IMG/VR virus record: IMGVR_UViG_3300012988_000016
Location: 62,001-126,000 of that record
Length of the DNA: 64,000 nt
Strand: one strand, 5' to 3'
The translations under genes and the position numbers were made by a program. Shown one piece after another: positions 1 to 10,960 of this stretch. The notes beneath the pieces are model-generated. The model worked only from the letters and a program-made list of their open reading frames with translations, made no database searches and was not told the origin of the DNA. How positions within the stretch are numbered: position 1 is the first letter of the stretch; each line of letters opens with the position of its first letter.

Positions 1-165
1 GGATTTGCAACTGCGGGGATGAACGGGCCAGCCTCCCTGCAGGCCGCCCGAGCGTTGGCGACAGGGCTAGATATAACTTTCGCTAGTTTGCTGATTCCCG
101 TGGCCATTGTAGGAAGTCCCTCTACGATAGGGGCATCCAGTACCGGCTTTGGTACCATAATATGA
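1..165 (+). CDS. 3' end of a truncated gene, Gly/Ala/Ser-rich, probably structural
   Basis: Frame 1 is open from base 1 (GFATAGMNGPASLQAARALATGLDITF...GFGTII) to TGA at 163-165; not in the ORF track. Confidence 0.6.
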   Translation, partial: GFATAGMNGPASLQAARALATGLDITFASLLIPVAIVGSPSTIGASSTGFGTII

Positions 166-180
166 AATGGAGATAGCATC

Positions 181-384
181 ATGGCAAGAGCGACGTTTGG
201 AGTAGTGTCTGAGGTGGTGGAGAAGCGCGAAATAGACGCCGAGGGCAATATCGGCGATCTGAAAGTTCGGCTGAAACTAAATCTCAAGAACACCCTGAAT
301 CAGACCCTGGAAGTTTGGGTGGACGCCCCCACAGAGGTAAACGATTTCTTCGCACCGGCCAATGGCCTGCCTGAGGCCAAATGA
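181..384 (+). CDS. hypothetical protein (WVDAP-motif paralog 1)
   Basis: GGAG RBS upstream; 67 aa; shares RLKL...E.WVDAP.E with the next ORF. Confidence 0.7.
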   Translation: MARATFGVVSEVVEKREIDAEGNIGDLKVRLKLNLKNTLNQTLEVWVDAPTEVNDFFAPANGLPEAK

Positions 385-803
385 GCAAGCGTGCTAGGAA
401 GAAGCGCCAGACTCCACAGCTTCTGGGCTACATCGTAGGTATGAGCGAGTCCAGGGACTTGCTGACCATCAAAGATACGTTAGGCAATGTGGCTGAGCTG
501 CGGCCGTTGAAAAACGACCCCATAACTTTGAGACTGAAACTACAGATGCCTCTGGCTTCTGGGCGTTCCATTGAATTCTGGGTGGATGCCCCTCAGGAAA
601 TCTCTCAATTGCTGGAAGAGTACGCTATGGTCCCCAGGTCTGTGCAAGAATTGCTGAATCAGTTTGAGAACGACTTGAAGGGGGTCAAAGACGATCACGA
701 TAAAGTGGTGGATGCACACGAGCAAGGTGCGGTCTATGCTGGAAATCCAGAATCTTTTGAGCGTCAGGAAGCTTTCGAGTCAAGACTGAAGTCAGGGGAG
801 TGA
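381..803 (+). CDS. hypothetical protein (WVDAP-motif paralog 2)
   Basis: ATGA overlap with the previous gene; 140 aa; LRLKLQMPLASGRSIEFWVDAPQE. Confidence 0.75.
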   Translation: MSKRARKKRQTPQLLGYIVGMSESRDLLTIKDTLGNVAELRPLKNDPITLRLKLQMPLASGRSIEFWVDAPQEISQLLEEYAMVPRSVQELLNQFENDLKGVKDDHDKVVDAHEQGAVYAGNPESFERQEAFESRLKSGE

Positions 804-806
804 TCT

Positions 807-3800
807 TTGGGCCTCTCGATACAAGGCTACGTCCTAGAACCTCCGCGAGTCGGTCAGGCGAATTCTCCGTTCACCTACACGCCCAACGTGTATTTGTCCA
901 ACCCGTCGGCCTTCAACACGGCCTATCCCTCAGATGAGTCGGTACCTAGGACGGAATACCATGTATTCGTTTTGGATGATGCTCAACTGCCAGGCACTGG
1001 TCCAAACAACCAATCCTCCTTCGTTGAGGCTAAGTTTGGTTGGACCAAGAACGAGGTGTTGCAGCGATTTGACTACCAAGGGGCTGACGGGCGGTTCAAG
1101 ACCTTGCCTGGCTCGGCCCCTACTCTGGTTGGAAAGCTGACGGCCACCGCCAACACGACACGGCTTCAGGTGGTGGCCCCCATCAGTCTAAACTTGGGGG
1201 CCTATCCGGTTCGACTGTATGTGGGTGATACCGGTTCAGGAACAGCCTTTACGGTTGTTCTGGTCTTGACAGACGGTGGGTTCAGCCCACCTCCTGCTGG
1301 GACGGTTCAAATCTCACTCGCAACCGGCAACCTCAATTGGAATGCTGGAGACTTGACGACTTTTGCTGGACAGTCGGTACACTTTCAGCGTCAGACATTC
1401 TATGCCTTTGCTGATTCGACTGGCCGCATTGGAGTGGTGGGGGACGTGTTGTTGCTCAGCCCATTGCCCGCCACAGGGCAATTCCCTCTGATCCGAATCG
1501 GATACGCTGAATACCTGACACCAATCGAGAAAGCGTCAGAGGCTGGCTTTTCCGTCAACCCAACCGCTGGGACGGTTGAATGGGCCGTCAGTACTGGTCG
1601 ATTGAAGCTAAATTCGGCTGATGTGTCGGCCAACACCGGCCGAGCTATCTATTATGATGGGGTAGCGTTCTCTTTTGGTCAGAATCTGGCCCCAATCAGC
1701 ATAGGGACGATCGCCAGTCCTACAGCCCTAGCTCCCATCCCTCCAGAAGAGAGCGACACTTTCTTCCGTGTGTCGGGGGTGGTTCAGTTCGGTCAAACAC
1801 AATGGGTCGACACCCTCACCACCCCTGGCAAGAAAGGGGTGGTACAGATCCGTCGAAGTGATGGTCAGGTTAGATTTTCCGATTCTGATGTGGGACGTTA
1901 CGGATCTCAACAGGCACAAGTTATCACAGCTGACCTGCTGATTGAACGTGGCATCTCACTCAGGATGTTTAGGAATCCTGTCAATCTAGATGATGCCGAC
2001 CCCACCCTGAAAGATGTTTCGGCCTTCTACGTCAGTGCGGGAGCCATTTGGGCTCAACCCATCATCGCTTCCCCCACCGTCAACTTGCCGGCCATACCGG
2101 TTGACACTCAACCTTTGACCATTCGAGTGGAGCAAGGCACAGGAACCTTCGTTGGCACCTTGCCTAGAATGGACGTGGCTTCACCTCCTACTGGTATCGG
2201 GTACATTCTTGACTACGACAACAAATCGCTGTTGTATGCTCAACACAAGTCCAATGTTGTGCTGCCTGCCCCTGTTCCTTATGGTGGGGTTCAGCTGCCT
2301 GACCCATTGGTATTCAGCTCAGGTCTGAAACTTGAGCTAGAAACCACACCTGGGAGTGGGGTCTACACCCAACTGACAGTAGGTGAAGATGCCCTGTTGG
2401 ATCCTGGCTCTGGTCTGGTGACGATGGTGGAGACAGACGGCGCCAATGTGGTGGACGGATCCAACGGTTCGATCGCAGGCAACGTCTTGACGGATACTAC
2501 TCAGAACTTCACTCTTGCGGGGGTGCAACCAGGGTACTTCCTGGTTGTCGACAGTGGCCCTGCCAAGGGGGTGTACCAAGTGACAGCTGTCAGCACCGCC
2601 ACTCTAACGCTAGATGTGGTGGGGGCCACTTCTTCGGGCTTCACCTATCGTGTATTGGAGGGTGTTGAGATCCTGGCTGACCGGTACTTTCGAGAAGTTC
2701 CCCCAGTAGACCCCAACACCAAGGTTGAACGAGTCAGGTCTTTGGGTACGATCACCAACTCGCCTCGTCTATCGATCAATCCAAGTCAAGCTAATTCGTA
2801 TCGCTTCAAGTATTCGAACGGCCACTTCTCTACCTCAACTGTGGTGGTGGCGACGGACGCAAACTTTACAGCCCCTGGCTTGATACCCGCTGGTATTGTT
2901 GAAGTGTCGATGTCAACTGGACATCTCAACTTCAGTCAAGCAGATGTTGCGCTTGGTGGCTTGGTATTTGGATCCAGGACATTGGTCTTGGGGTCAGAGT
3001 ACACGTTGCAACCCCCTCTAGGGTTCATTCAGTTTGCAGAACGTTTCCTGGAGTTGGAAGAGGCGCAGATAACGTACAAGAATTCGGATGGGGTTCTGGT
3101 TACCGAACGAGCCACGTTTCTGGTTCGCAAGGAGCTGTGCCAGCCTCACCCTGTTGAGACTTCAACCCTCCACTTCAATCCTTTGGGAAGAGAAGTGGCC
3201 TCAATCCCCACCCCCAAGGCTTTCCGTGGAGGCCGGCCTCAAACCTCAGATCAAGTCACCTTCGATGTTGACGCCTCCACAGTGACGTTCTTTGGGGCTC
3301 AAACCGCCACAGACGCCCTCCCGTCTGGCCCCGTGGTCAAGCCCAATGAGAACGTCTACATAGACTACTACATCTACCAGGCGATGGGTGGGGAACAGAA
3401 CATCACCGTACTGCAACCCCCCATTCAGACAATCCCAGTCATTGTCAACTCCGACACCAACAGCCTAGATTTGGTGGGCAACAGAACCTCAGACTTCAAA
3501 GCCAACTACCTGCTATTGGTGGATCGCACCGAGACTTACCTGATAGGAGGTTCGACTTACGATGGCGGGTCCAACACCACCACCGTCACGTTGGCTGGCC
3601 CTCAGCTGTTCAGGTCCGACTTTACCAACCCAGTGTTGGCTGTAACATCGGGCCCCACAGCCGTCACAGGAGCGGCCTATTTCACGACTGAACTGACTCC
3701 TTACGATCCAGTTCCTAGAGGCGGCCCTAGAGTTACGCTAACTGGAGATGTGACCAAACAGTACGTCTCTGGAACGGCTGTGCTGTTTACCGACAATAGC

Positions 3801-6689
3801 ACTTTCCTGGATCTGAATATCGTTTCCGGCTCGACCTATGATCAGGCTACCAACAAGACGACAGTAGTAATGATCGCCAATGGGGCAAGGCAATACTCTG
3901 GTGTGACGCTCAAGCGTTCGGTTCGCCCCATTCTATCTACCCCTGCTGTTAAGGTTCAGACTCAAAAGAGCCCAGAACTGGATCTAGGCTACACGGTATT
4001 TCGCAAAGTTCTGGGACAGGTGGGAATCATCCTGTCTAGTCCAGACCAGTACACGATTGACGCCTCTGGATCGGTGACGGTCACCCAACCCTTGGGCCTT
4101 GATGAAGAGATCGGGATCTTCTATACAGGAGATAGGATCATCGAGGCTGGTCGTTCACTACGGGCCAGCTACACGTTCAACATTGTCCCATCAGTGCAGA
4201 ATGGCCTGCTCAATCAGACTCTGAGGGCAGACTACACCACCTACGCTCCTGATACGTTCTTTTGGAGAGTCGAGACCTTCACCAATTTTCGTGGGGAATT
4301 GGCCCAACAGTATGAATCGGAAGCTCAATCGAGTGTCCCATCTGGCGGCCCCATTCTGGAGAATTCGTCCTCCCCCAAACTGTTCGAGCAGGGGCGGGAG
4401 TCGGTCTTCTTCCAAGAAGGGCATCTGGCGAACGAAGACTTGGTGGCCAGACCAACCCTCAAGTATTACAACGATTCGGTAAACTCTCTTGAAGATGCCC
4501 TACAGTCGATGGATGGGCGTGTGGTGGGGGATCATGATGGACGATTCTTGTTTGACGGCAACATAGACAATCCTGCCAGAAACACATTCACCTCGGTCAC
4601 GAACCAGATTGACGATCGTTTCAAGATCAGCCCTGCCCCCTACTCGGTGTCGGGGCCGCCCTTTGTCGTGACCTCAATAGGGACCTATCAGGAAGTCTAC
4701 AAGCCCGCCCCCACCAGTCGCTTCTACCCTACCAAGCGAGCACTCTATGGGGTGACTGTCCCGACCTCAGGCTTGTCGACGGGAGATCCGATTGCAGACT
4801 TGGGGCAAAAGAATCTGAAGACGGCTGAATTGATTCAGAGACGCTACCCATGGGCAGTTGTGACTGGGTATGCTGTCTCCAGTTCAACAGTTCTGCAGGT
4901 AGACGCCGCGCTAGGTTCCACAGATCTGTTGAGACCAGCATTCGTAGCAGGCATGCAGGTCGCCATAACAGCTCAGAACGGCACCATCTTGGTGGCCGAC
5001 AGTCCTGGTTTGACGGTGCAATCTGCCACCTCCACCAGTATCACTCTCACCTCTGCTTTGGGGGTAAACATCCCTGTGGGAGCTACCATCCGCTTGTCAA
5101 CAGCCGACACTTCTTACCTCAAACAGTATCGGCTGGGGATCGACATAGGGATCGATTTGGAAAACGGCCTTCTCACCTATCAGGCTCCTTCGGCTCCTTG
5201 GAACGATCCTTCAGTGCCGACCGTCCTACAGCCATCACCACCGAACTCTGGTGGGGGAGAGGTGCTGGATGCAACAGTCACTCTGCTCAACACCCTCACC
5301 ACCCCTGATCGATTTCCAGCCCTGGATGGTGGGACGGAGGATGACGATCACAACAGACAGTTCCCAATCCTTAACCCGAACGTGAGTGCTGAGGGAGGGG
5401 CGGCAGGCTTCTTGACAACCGAGCTGGGGATCATCAACACTTCTACGGGAACGCTGCGAGCTGTCACCACCTTTAGCTTTACCGGCACAGGCAGTTTGGA
5501 CGCCACCCGAACGATTATCACCAATTCGGTGGCTTGGCCATTGCCTGTTCCAAAGATCCATGAACTGGTTGAGATCCGTACAGGATTGAACGCTCTATCT
5601 GGATATCGCCGCATCACTGGCGTTACTGGCAACACCATTACGGTCAATTCCCCATTCGCTTCAGTAGACAGTGGATTTGGATTTAGTGTCACAATCTCGA
5701 ACGACTTGGTGGCCAGCACAGGGGCTATCCTCACCACCACTACATTGACCGACAATACGGTCGATTTCCTTGTCTTTGGGGTGGTGCCTGGGCATACAGT
5801 CGTCATTACGTCTGGGCCACATGTAGGACTTCGCCGGCAAGTAGTGAGTGTGGCTCAACATGTTTTGACCGTCACAGCATTCCCAAGCACCAATGCTAGT
5901 CAAAACTATCGTCTAGCCACTGCTCTTGAGACCTTTGGTGGGGCGGTGAACGATCTTGTGACCGCCAGTCTGATTCCGGCTGTGACGGGGGAAGGCCCGA
6001 TTGTCGCCAATCAGGTGACCTCGATTGACGCTTTCTTCAACACCGCTACCACCACTCTGATCTCAGATACGAATGGGGCCTCTTCAACCTCTACCTTTAC
6101 TTCTGTGGGACACACCTTCGTTACCTCTGGAGTGACGACCTCACACCTTCTTTTCATTCGGAACGGTACCAACGCTGGGGTGTACAAGATTCAGCAGGTG
6201 CTGAGCCAGACGTCCCTATTGATCGAAGGTACGTTTCCGGTCAACAGCACCGGCATCAGCTACAAGATCGTGTCAACGGTGGGTTTGACGGCTGAACCGT
6301 TGCAGGCCATCCTGACTACCGCTTTGGCGGCAGAGACTTTCTACCCAACCATCGCCCCCTTCTTGAGCCTCATTTCGACGCAGGTTGCCGTCACAGGGGA
6401 TGCGGGAGCGTTCGCGGTCAGGACCACCACTGAAGATCTGAACTCCAGAGAGACGATCGTATCAGCCAGAAGTGCCGCTCTTTCCGCGCCTACCGGATAT
6501 GTCGCTTCTTTGGAGGCAGAATTGTCATCTGGTGATAGACTTTACGATAGGAGGTTCACATGGATCGACACGAGGATCAATCTGACGAACGGGATATTGG
6601 TCAAAAAAAGTCTGGCCAAAGCCAATCGGATCAAGCAACAGGCGGATGTGCTGAACCAGCTGACCAAGCTTCTGTCGGTCCAGAATTGA
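807..6689 (+). CDS. very large virion structural protein (tail/baseplate-associated) with repeated beta-rich modules
   Basis: 1960-aa ORF with TTG start after GGGGAG; Thr/Gly/Val/Ser-rich; recurring module like LTD...F...GV.PG..L.I.SG.N.G.Y.I..V...TL; lies upstream of baseplate genes. Confidence 0.75.
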   Translation: MGLSIQGYVLEPPRVGQANSPFTYTPNVYLSNPSAFNTAYPSDESVPRTEYHVFVLDDAQLPGTGPNNQSSFVEAKFGWTKNEVLQRFDYQGADGRFKTLPGSAPTLVGKLTATANTTRLQVVAPISLNLGAYPVRLYVGDTGSGTAFTVVLVLTDGGFSPPPAGTVQISLATGNLNWNAGDLTTFAGQSVHFQRQTFYAFADSTGRIGVVGDVLLLSPLPATGQFPLIRIGYAEYLTPIEKASEAGFSVNPTAGTVEWAVSTGRLKLNSADVSANTGRAIYYDGVAFSFGQNLAPISIGTIASPTALAPIPPEESDTFFRVSGVVQFGQTQWVDTLTTPGKKGVVQIRRSDGQVRFSDSDVGRYGSQQAQVITADLLIERGISLRMFRNPVNLDDADPTLKDVSAFYVSAGAIWAQPIIASPTVNLPAIPVDTQPLTIRVEQGTGTFVGTLPRMDVASPPTGIGYILDYDNKSLLYAQHKSNVVLPAPVPYGGVQLPDPLVFSSGLKLELETTPGSGVYTQLTVGEDALLDPGSGLVTMVETDGANVVDGSNGSIAGNVLTDTTQNFTLAGVQPGYFLVVDSGPAKGVYQVTAVSTATLTLDVVGATSSGFTYRVLEGVEILADRYFREVPPVDPNTKVERVRSLGTITNSPRLSINPSQANSYRFKYSNGHFSTSTVVVATDANFTAPGLIPAGIVEVSMSTGHLNFSQADVALGGLVFGSRTLVLGSEYTLQPPLGFIQFAERFLELEEAQITYKNSDGVLVTERATFLVRKELCQPHPVETSTLHFNPLGREVASIPTPKAFRGGRPQTSDQVTFDVDASTVTFFGAQTATDALPSGPVVKPNENVYIDYYIYQAMGGEQNITVLQPPIQTIPVIVNSDTNSLDLVGNRTSDFKANYLLLVDRTETYLIGGSTYDGGSNTTTVTLAGPQLFRSDFTNPVLAVTSGPTAVTGAAYFTTELTPYDPVPRGGPRVTLTGDVTKQYVSGTAVLFTDNSTFLDLNIVSGSTYDQATNKTTVVMIANGARQYSGVTLKRSVRPILSTPAVKVQTQKSPELDLGYTVFRKVLGQVGIILSSPDQYTIDASGSVTVTQPLGLDEEIGIFYTGDRIIEAGRSLRASYTFNIVPSVQNGLLNQTLRADYTTYAPDTFFWRVETFTNFRGELAQQYESEAQSSVPSGGPILENSSSPKLFEQGRESVFFQEGHLANEDLVARPTLKYYNDSVNSLEDALQSMDGRVVGDHDGRFLFDGNIDNPARNTFTSVTNQIDDRFKISPAPYSVSGPPFVVTSIGTYQEVYKPAPTSRFYPTKRALYGVTVPTSGLSTGDPIADLGQKNLKTAELIQRRYPWAVVTGYAVSSSTVLQVDAALGSTDLLRPAFVAGMQVAITAQNGTILVADSPGLTVQSATSTSITLTSALGVNIPVGATIRLSTADTSYLKQYRLGIDIGIDLENGLLTYQAPSAPWNDPSVPTVLQPSPPNSGGGEVLDATVTLLNTLTTPDRFPALDGGTEDDDHNRQFPILNPNVSAEGGAAGFLTTELGIINTSTGTLRAVTTFSFTGTGSLDATRTIITNSVAWPLPVPKIHELVEIRTGLNALSGYRRITGVTGNTITVNSPFASVDSGFGFSVTISNDLVASTGAILTTTTLTDNTVDFLVFGVVPGHTVVITSGPHVGLRRQVVSVAQHVLTVTAFPSTNASQNYRLATALETFGGAVNDLVTASLIPAVTGEGPIVANQVTSIDAFFNTATTTLISDTNGASSTSTFTSVGHTFVTSGVTTSHLLFIRNGTNAGVYKIQQVLSQTSLLIEGTFPVNSTGISYKIVSTVGLTAEPLQAILTTALAAETFYPTIAPFLSLISTQVAVTGDAGAFAVRTTTEDLNSRETIVSARSAALSAPTGYVASLEAELSSGDRLYDRRFTWIDTRINLTNGILVKKSLAKANRIKQQADVLNQLTKLLSVQN

Positions 6690-6820
6690 AATGGGACTAT
6701 CGAGAGAAACTGGGAATCCACGATCGGATGACAGAGGTTGTCAAATTGTCGTTGGATGCCGCTAAAGCGGAGTTGGAAGCCACTAGGAAAAAGTTGAGGA
6801 AGTTGCAATACGGGAGCTGA
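6686..6820 (+). CDS. small coiled-coil-like hypothetical protein (44 aa)
   Basis: TTG start overlaps the upstream TGA (TTGA); fills the gap to 6824; ends LDAAKAELEATRKKLRKLQYGS. Start uncertain. Confidence 0.45.
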   Translation: MKWDYREKLGIHDRMTEVVKLSLDAAKAELEATRKKLRKLQYGS

Positions 6821-6823
6821 TGT

Positions 6824-9013
6824 ATGGCGAACTGGCAGTCATTTGAAATACAAGTACCAGGCGAAGATCTGATTGAGCCTGTACGGAACGTCCTTGAGAC
6901 GTTGCTGGTGTTTCTTGACGTGCTGAAAGCCATCCTAGACACCATCAAGACCTTCCTCATCGACTTCGGCAATCCCATCAAAGCTTTGGTCGAAGCCCTG
7001 ATTCGACTGATTGAAGAACTGTTCCTATCCCTCAAAGTGTCGGGCATCTTTGCCTACTTTGATGTACCCGACCCAACGACCGATCCTGGATTCGATCGTA
7101 ATGTGGGAGGCTTCAAAGCATTCACAGAGCGATTTAAGGCAAGCCTGTACGATTCCAAGGACTTCAACCGTCCTCAGCCAAGAGTGGGATCCACCCAAAG
7201 TGGTTTCGTTCTTCTGGTGGTGGACGCTTCTTCACCCTACGCTCTGATCGCCCGAGTCAAGCAACTTCTCAGATTCTTTGGTAAAGAATTCACGTCGCCA
7301 CGATACGAAGCTCCAGTCAACTTCAAGTTACTCCCCACCAATTCAAAAGGAGACCCAATCCTTCGAGTGGCCTCCATCTTCGGTGGTGAAGCGGTTAATG
7401 GTTTAGGATTGCAGTGGAGTCTCCCTTCTTCCACCGAGACCCCTGATCCAGGCTATTCCGATATCGTGACCAAGATGGCGAAGGAGTTCGTACCTCCCAA
7501 CTACTTGATCGAAAAGTCGGTTGTCAACCCAGCGGCCCAAAAGATCGATCTGAGTGCGATGGGGGATTCAACAGCTTGTGGTACGGTGGAATTCAATAAC
7601 TCCACCTACACAAACATCGATCAGTCATCAGAGCCCGTTCTACGTCGCCAAACGTTGAGGGATGAGTACGGTGAGCCAGTGGTCAAATTCCAGCAATACA
7701 TCTTCCTGGATTCGACTGCCATCCAACTTCTTCTAAGTCAATTGGGTGTGATTCACTACGTCGACCTAGATGTAGTTCCAGGTACTACATATTACTACCG
7801 TGTGCGTGCCTTTAGTGGGGACTTGAAAAAGGCGGGGGATCAGCTTGTGTTCCCAACAACCTACAAGCAGCTGGACTTCAGTATTGAGTCTGACAGTAGA
7901 GTGATGCACTGGCCTTCCTCAATCCCCAACGAATCGGTCATCATGGGGAAACCGTCGGGGGTTCTTTCGGCGACGGTCCCTATCTCGATCAATCCTAAGA
8001 CTTTCGATATTTTGGGGGATTTGAACCATCTGATTCAAACCGCTTTCTCATTGGACTTCCAGCTCCAGGTCGACAGCGCCGCTACTTTTGGTCCGGACGG
8101 AGGTCCTACTGGTTCAACTTCCCCCATTCAGGTGGGGAGGGGCTCTCTTACTAGTCTGGCAGCTCAGATGGCAGCCTATGAGGCGTTTCCCATTGTGGGC
8201 AGACTGCTGGGGCATACGACAATTGCGGAAGCATTTAAGCCAGACCCTATCACAGGGTTGAGCCCAAGATTACCGTGGCAGAGCACCACCCTTCGTCGAC
8301 AATCTGCCAAATTGGCAGAATCGATCGCTTCAGCAATGCTTCAAGCGGGTGAGGACGCCTTGAATGGCTTCCGTAACTTGATGCAGGGAGGATTACCTGC
8401 AGGGGGGATTGATACCCAATATGAGCTCACTGGGGCCGACACTCTTGAAAAAGTAGTGCAGGCCTTCACCAAGTTGGATGAAGATGGTGAGGTGACGGTT
8501 AGAGGGGCACAGACGTTTGCTTTTGGCTACCGAGATACCAGTCTACGCCTAAATGTCTTGGCAGGGATAGAGTACGTCAAAGTCTACTCTTTGGGCGGTT
8601 CTCCAGTGGATTGGATCTCGGTTGTACCTTTGAGGGACATCATTCCCTGGTCTGGTCAGATCATCTACGACATGTTGGATAAGATCCAGGCCTTGTTGGA
8701 CGCTTTCAGTGGTGTGATGGCTGAAATCAAGGCCTATATCGATCAATTGGAGCGAAAGATAGCTGCTTTGGAGCGGTTCATTGAATTTTTGATCAACATC
8801 CTTGACTTTATCGCTCAATTGAAGATTGGGGCCTACGTGCTAAGTGTGCCTGAGCTGACGGGTTCGGCTCAATCGTGGATCAATGCTATCGATACGGCTG
8901 GTGGGACCAAGCCTCCAAGCGGTCCTGGAGGCTATTCGGCTGGAGTGGGGTTAGCCTATGTGGGCACCGACATCACAGCTTTCAAGGCAGCTTTCTCGAT
9001 AATCTTTGGGTGA
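6824..9013 (+). CDS. virion structural protein, unknown function
   Basis: 729 aa in the structural cluster; amphipathic helical N- and C-termini; central fibronectin-III-like segment (VVPGTTYYYRVRAF). Confidence 0.7.
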   Translation: MANWQSFEIQVPGEDLIEPVRNVLETLLVFLDVLKAILDTIKTFLIDFGNPIKALVEALIRLIEELFLSLKVSGIFAYFDVPDPTTDPGFDRNVGGFKAFTERFKASLYDSKDFNRPQPRVGSTQSGFVLLVVDASSPYALIARVKQLLRFFGKEFTSPRYEAPVNFKLLPTNSKGDPILRVASIFGGEAVNGLGLQWSLPSSTETPDPGYSDIVTKMAKEFVPPNYLIEKSVVNPAAQKIDLSAMGDSTACGTVEFNNSTYTNIDQSSEPVLRRQTLRDEYGEPVVKFQQYIFLDSTAIQLLLSQLGVIHYVDLDVVPGTTYYYRVRAFSGDLKKAGDQLVFPTTYKQLDFSIESDSRVMHWPSSIPNESVIMGKPSGVLSATVPISINPKTFDILGDLNHLIQTAFSLDFQLQVDSAATFGPDGGPTGSTSPIQVGRGSLTSLAAQMAAYEAFPIVGRLLGHTTIAEAFKPDPITGLSPRLPWQSTTLRRQSAKLAESIASAMLQAGEDALNGFRNLMQGGLPAGGIDTQYELTGADTLEKVVQAFTKLDEDGEVTVRGAQTFAFGYRDTSLRLNVLAGIEYVKVYSLGGSPVDWISVVPLRDIIPWSGQIIYDMLDKIQALLDAFSGVMAEIKAYIDQLERKIAALERFIEFLINILDFIAQLKIGAYVLSVPELTGSAQSWINAIDTAGGTKPPSGPGGYSAGVGLAYVGTDITAFKAAFSIIFG

Positions 9014-9081
9014 GGGGTTTCCTCCATACTTCTCTTTTGAAGGGCCTTAGGTGCCTTCAATAAGATGTAGAGGAAACCTTC

Positions 9082-9813
9082 ATGAGTTTCGAGTTCCTAG
9101 GCACATTCAACCGCAGTCAATTTGAGCGCTTTCTTGCTTTTGCAAGATCTCAGGTTGGGTTAGCCAATGAACGAATCCTACACCTTCAGGCCGAGGCAGA
9201 TAGGATCGGAACCATTACGTTTCGTTACAGTAATGGCGTTCCTCAGGGCTTCTCAGCCGACCCACCTGCTTCCTACTTGGGAAAACTCCTTCAGGCCTAC
9301 GAGGTACTGGGAGGCAACCCCTTCGTAGACTTGAGGGTGAGACTTCGAACTGACCCTATCTATTTGATTCGTGGGACTGAGGTTGACAGCCCCCAATACA
9401 TGAGCAATGGGGAGGTGATTGGGGCCAAGGGGTTGTCAGACAGCCCGACCGCAGAGTTGATGCGCCAGGCTCAGAGTTGGGTTGATGGTACGCTACAGGC
9501 TCGATTTGGCAATCTGGAACGTAAAATTCGTCGAGCGGTCGACTACTCAGACCAATTGCAGCTAGAGATAGCCAATCTCAAGACCATTCAGCTAGCTGCC
9601 ACTGTGGTTGGTAGCCTGGAGTACATCGCCTCTCAGATCAACCAATTTTTGGTCGATCAGAACTATCGAGCCGTTTTTGACGACAATGGGGGAGACCGAT
9701 TTGGTTTCAATGTCTACGCCCCCTTCAGCAGCTATGACGTGTTGAACGGTCAGGCCACTTCAGCACAACGTCAGAATTCAGGCTTTGTGGGTCCAGGAGG
9801 TAGTGGGACATGA
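9082..9813 (+). CDS. hypothetical structural-region protein
   Basis: 243 aa; AGAGGA RBS; overlaps the next gene. Confidence 0.75.
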   Translation: MSFEFLGTFNRSQFERFLAFARSQVGLANERILHLQAEADRIGTITFRYSNGVPQGFSADPPASYLGKLLQAYEVLGGNPFVDLRVRLRTDPIYLIRGTEVDSPQYMSNGEVIGAKGLSDSPTAELMRQAQSWVDGTLQARFGNLERKIRRAVDYSDQLQLEIANLKTIQLAATVVGSLEYIASQINQFLVDQNYRAVFDDNGGDRFGFNVYAPFSSYDVLNGQATSAQRQNSGFVGPGGSGT

Positions 9814-10958
9814 GTTATGATCGCCGTATCGACAAAATTTGCCCACACATGGTCCGTGAAGAGGCCCTGTATCTAAATCCTGATCGCAGAACTGTACGCC
9901 CATTACGTCCAATTGCGGCGGCGGTATCGGTCAAAGTCCGTTCCAACGGTCTAGACCTGATCCCTTCGCAAGGGGTCTATCTCCCTGCCCAATCCACTAC
10001 CTTGAAGTCTAGTCCCTTTACGATCCAGGGAGGGGTTAATGATCAATTGGTGATTCGCATTGATGACTTGCAGGATCAGACGGTATCGATCCCTTCTGGA
10101 AACAAACTCTCGGTCACTCAGATCGTTAATGTGGTAAACCGTCAGATTAGGGGCGCCTCCTTTACGGTTACCCCTAAGAATCAGCTTCGCCTGGTGACGG
10201 CTTCTCAAGGTCCTAGCAGTAAGATTTTCATCAATACTGCGGGCAGCACAGCAGCCGCCACGTTGGGTTATGCGACCAACAGGGGGTGGATTGGTCGAAC
10301 CACTACTCCTGGCTGGTCGCTAATTAACGATCCCAACACCTTGAGCGACCGGCCTACCAGGCTGATCGTTTTCGACGAACCTTTGAAGGGTTACAGCGAT
10401 TACGTAGAAATCGACTACACAACCGTCCGAGAAGAATGCCGTCGATGTGGTGGATTGGGAGTGGAGAACGACTGGTCCTATGATGGCCGAGGTAAAATCG
10501 TCAAGGCTGAGAATGAGACTCTTCTGATCCAGGAGATGCTCAAAGCTACCTACACCATCCAAGGATCTAACCCGTTTTTCCCCTTGTATGGGACCAACAT
10601 CGTCAATTCAATAGGTACCAAATTGGCGTCGGGTGGGGTGACTCAAAATCTGATCTTGTCAGAGGTCTACAACGCTTTTCAACGCTGGCAACAGATCAAG
10701 CGTGAGCAAGAAGAGAAGGTCGGACAGGTAGTGACAGATGAGGAGTACCCTTTCCGTATCTTGGAGGTCATTCTTCAGCCTAGTGAGCAAGATGAGACGA
10801 TCGTCTTTCTCAATGCTACCATTCAGAGTCGCTCCAGTAAACCGATTCAGATCGATCGTGGGATTCGTGTCCCAGGTCCTGTAAATCTGTTGGGTTCCTC
10901 TCAGCAGGCGGAAATGTTTCAGCAACCCATCCCTAACAACAAGCTATTCGGCGGATAA
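9810..10958 (+). CDS. baseplate wedge protein, gp25-like C-terminal domain with N-terminal extension
   Basis: C-terminal LLIQEMLKATYTIQGSNPFFPLYGTNI resembles the gp25/GPW signature; preceded by CRRCGG; directly upstream of the baseplate J-like gene. Confidence 0.65.
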   Translation: MSYDRRIDKICPHMVREEALYLNPDRRTVRPLRPIAAAVSVKVRSNGLDLIPSQGVYLPAQSTTLKSSPFTIQGGVNDQLVIRIDDLQDQTVSIPSGNKLSVTQIVNVVNRQIRGASFTVTPKNQLRLVTASQGPSSKIFINTAGSTAAATLGYATNRGWIGRTTTPGWSLINDPNTLSDRPTRLIVFDEPLKGYSDYVEIDYTTVREECRRCGGLGVENDWSYDGRGKIVKAENETLLIQEMLKATYTIQGSNPFFPLYGTNIVNSIGTKLASGGVTQNLILSEVYNAFQRWQQIKREQEEKVGQVVTDEEYPFRILEVILQPSEQDETIVFLNATIQSRSSKPIQIDRGIRVPGPVNLLGSSQQAEMFQQPIPNNKLFGG

Positions 10959-10960
10959 CT

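Noticed and set aside
6600-6612. A7 run as a possible -1 frameshift from the 1960-aa gene into the 6560..6820 frame
   Set aside because: In the coding frame the heptamer is C-AAA-AAA, not X-XXY-YYZ; a separate TTG-started ORF at 6686 is simpler.
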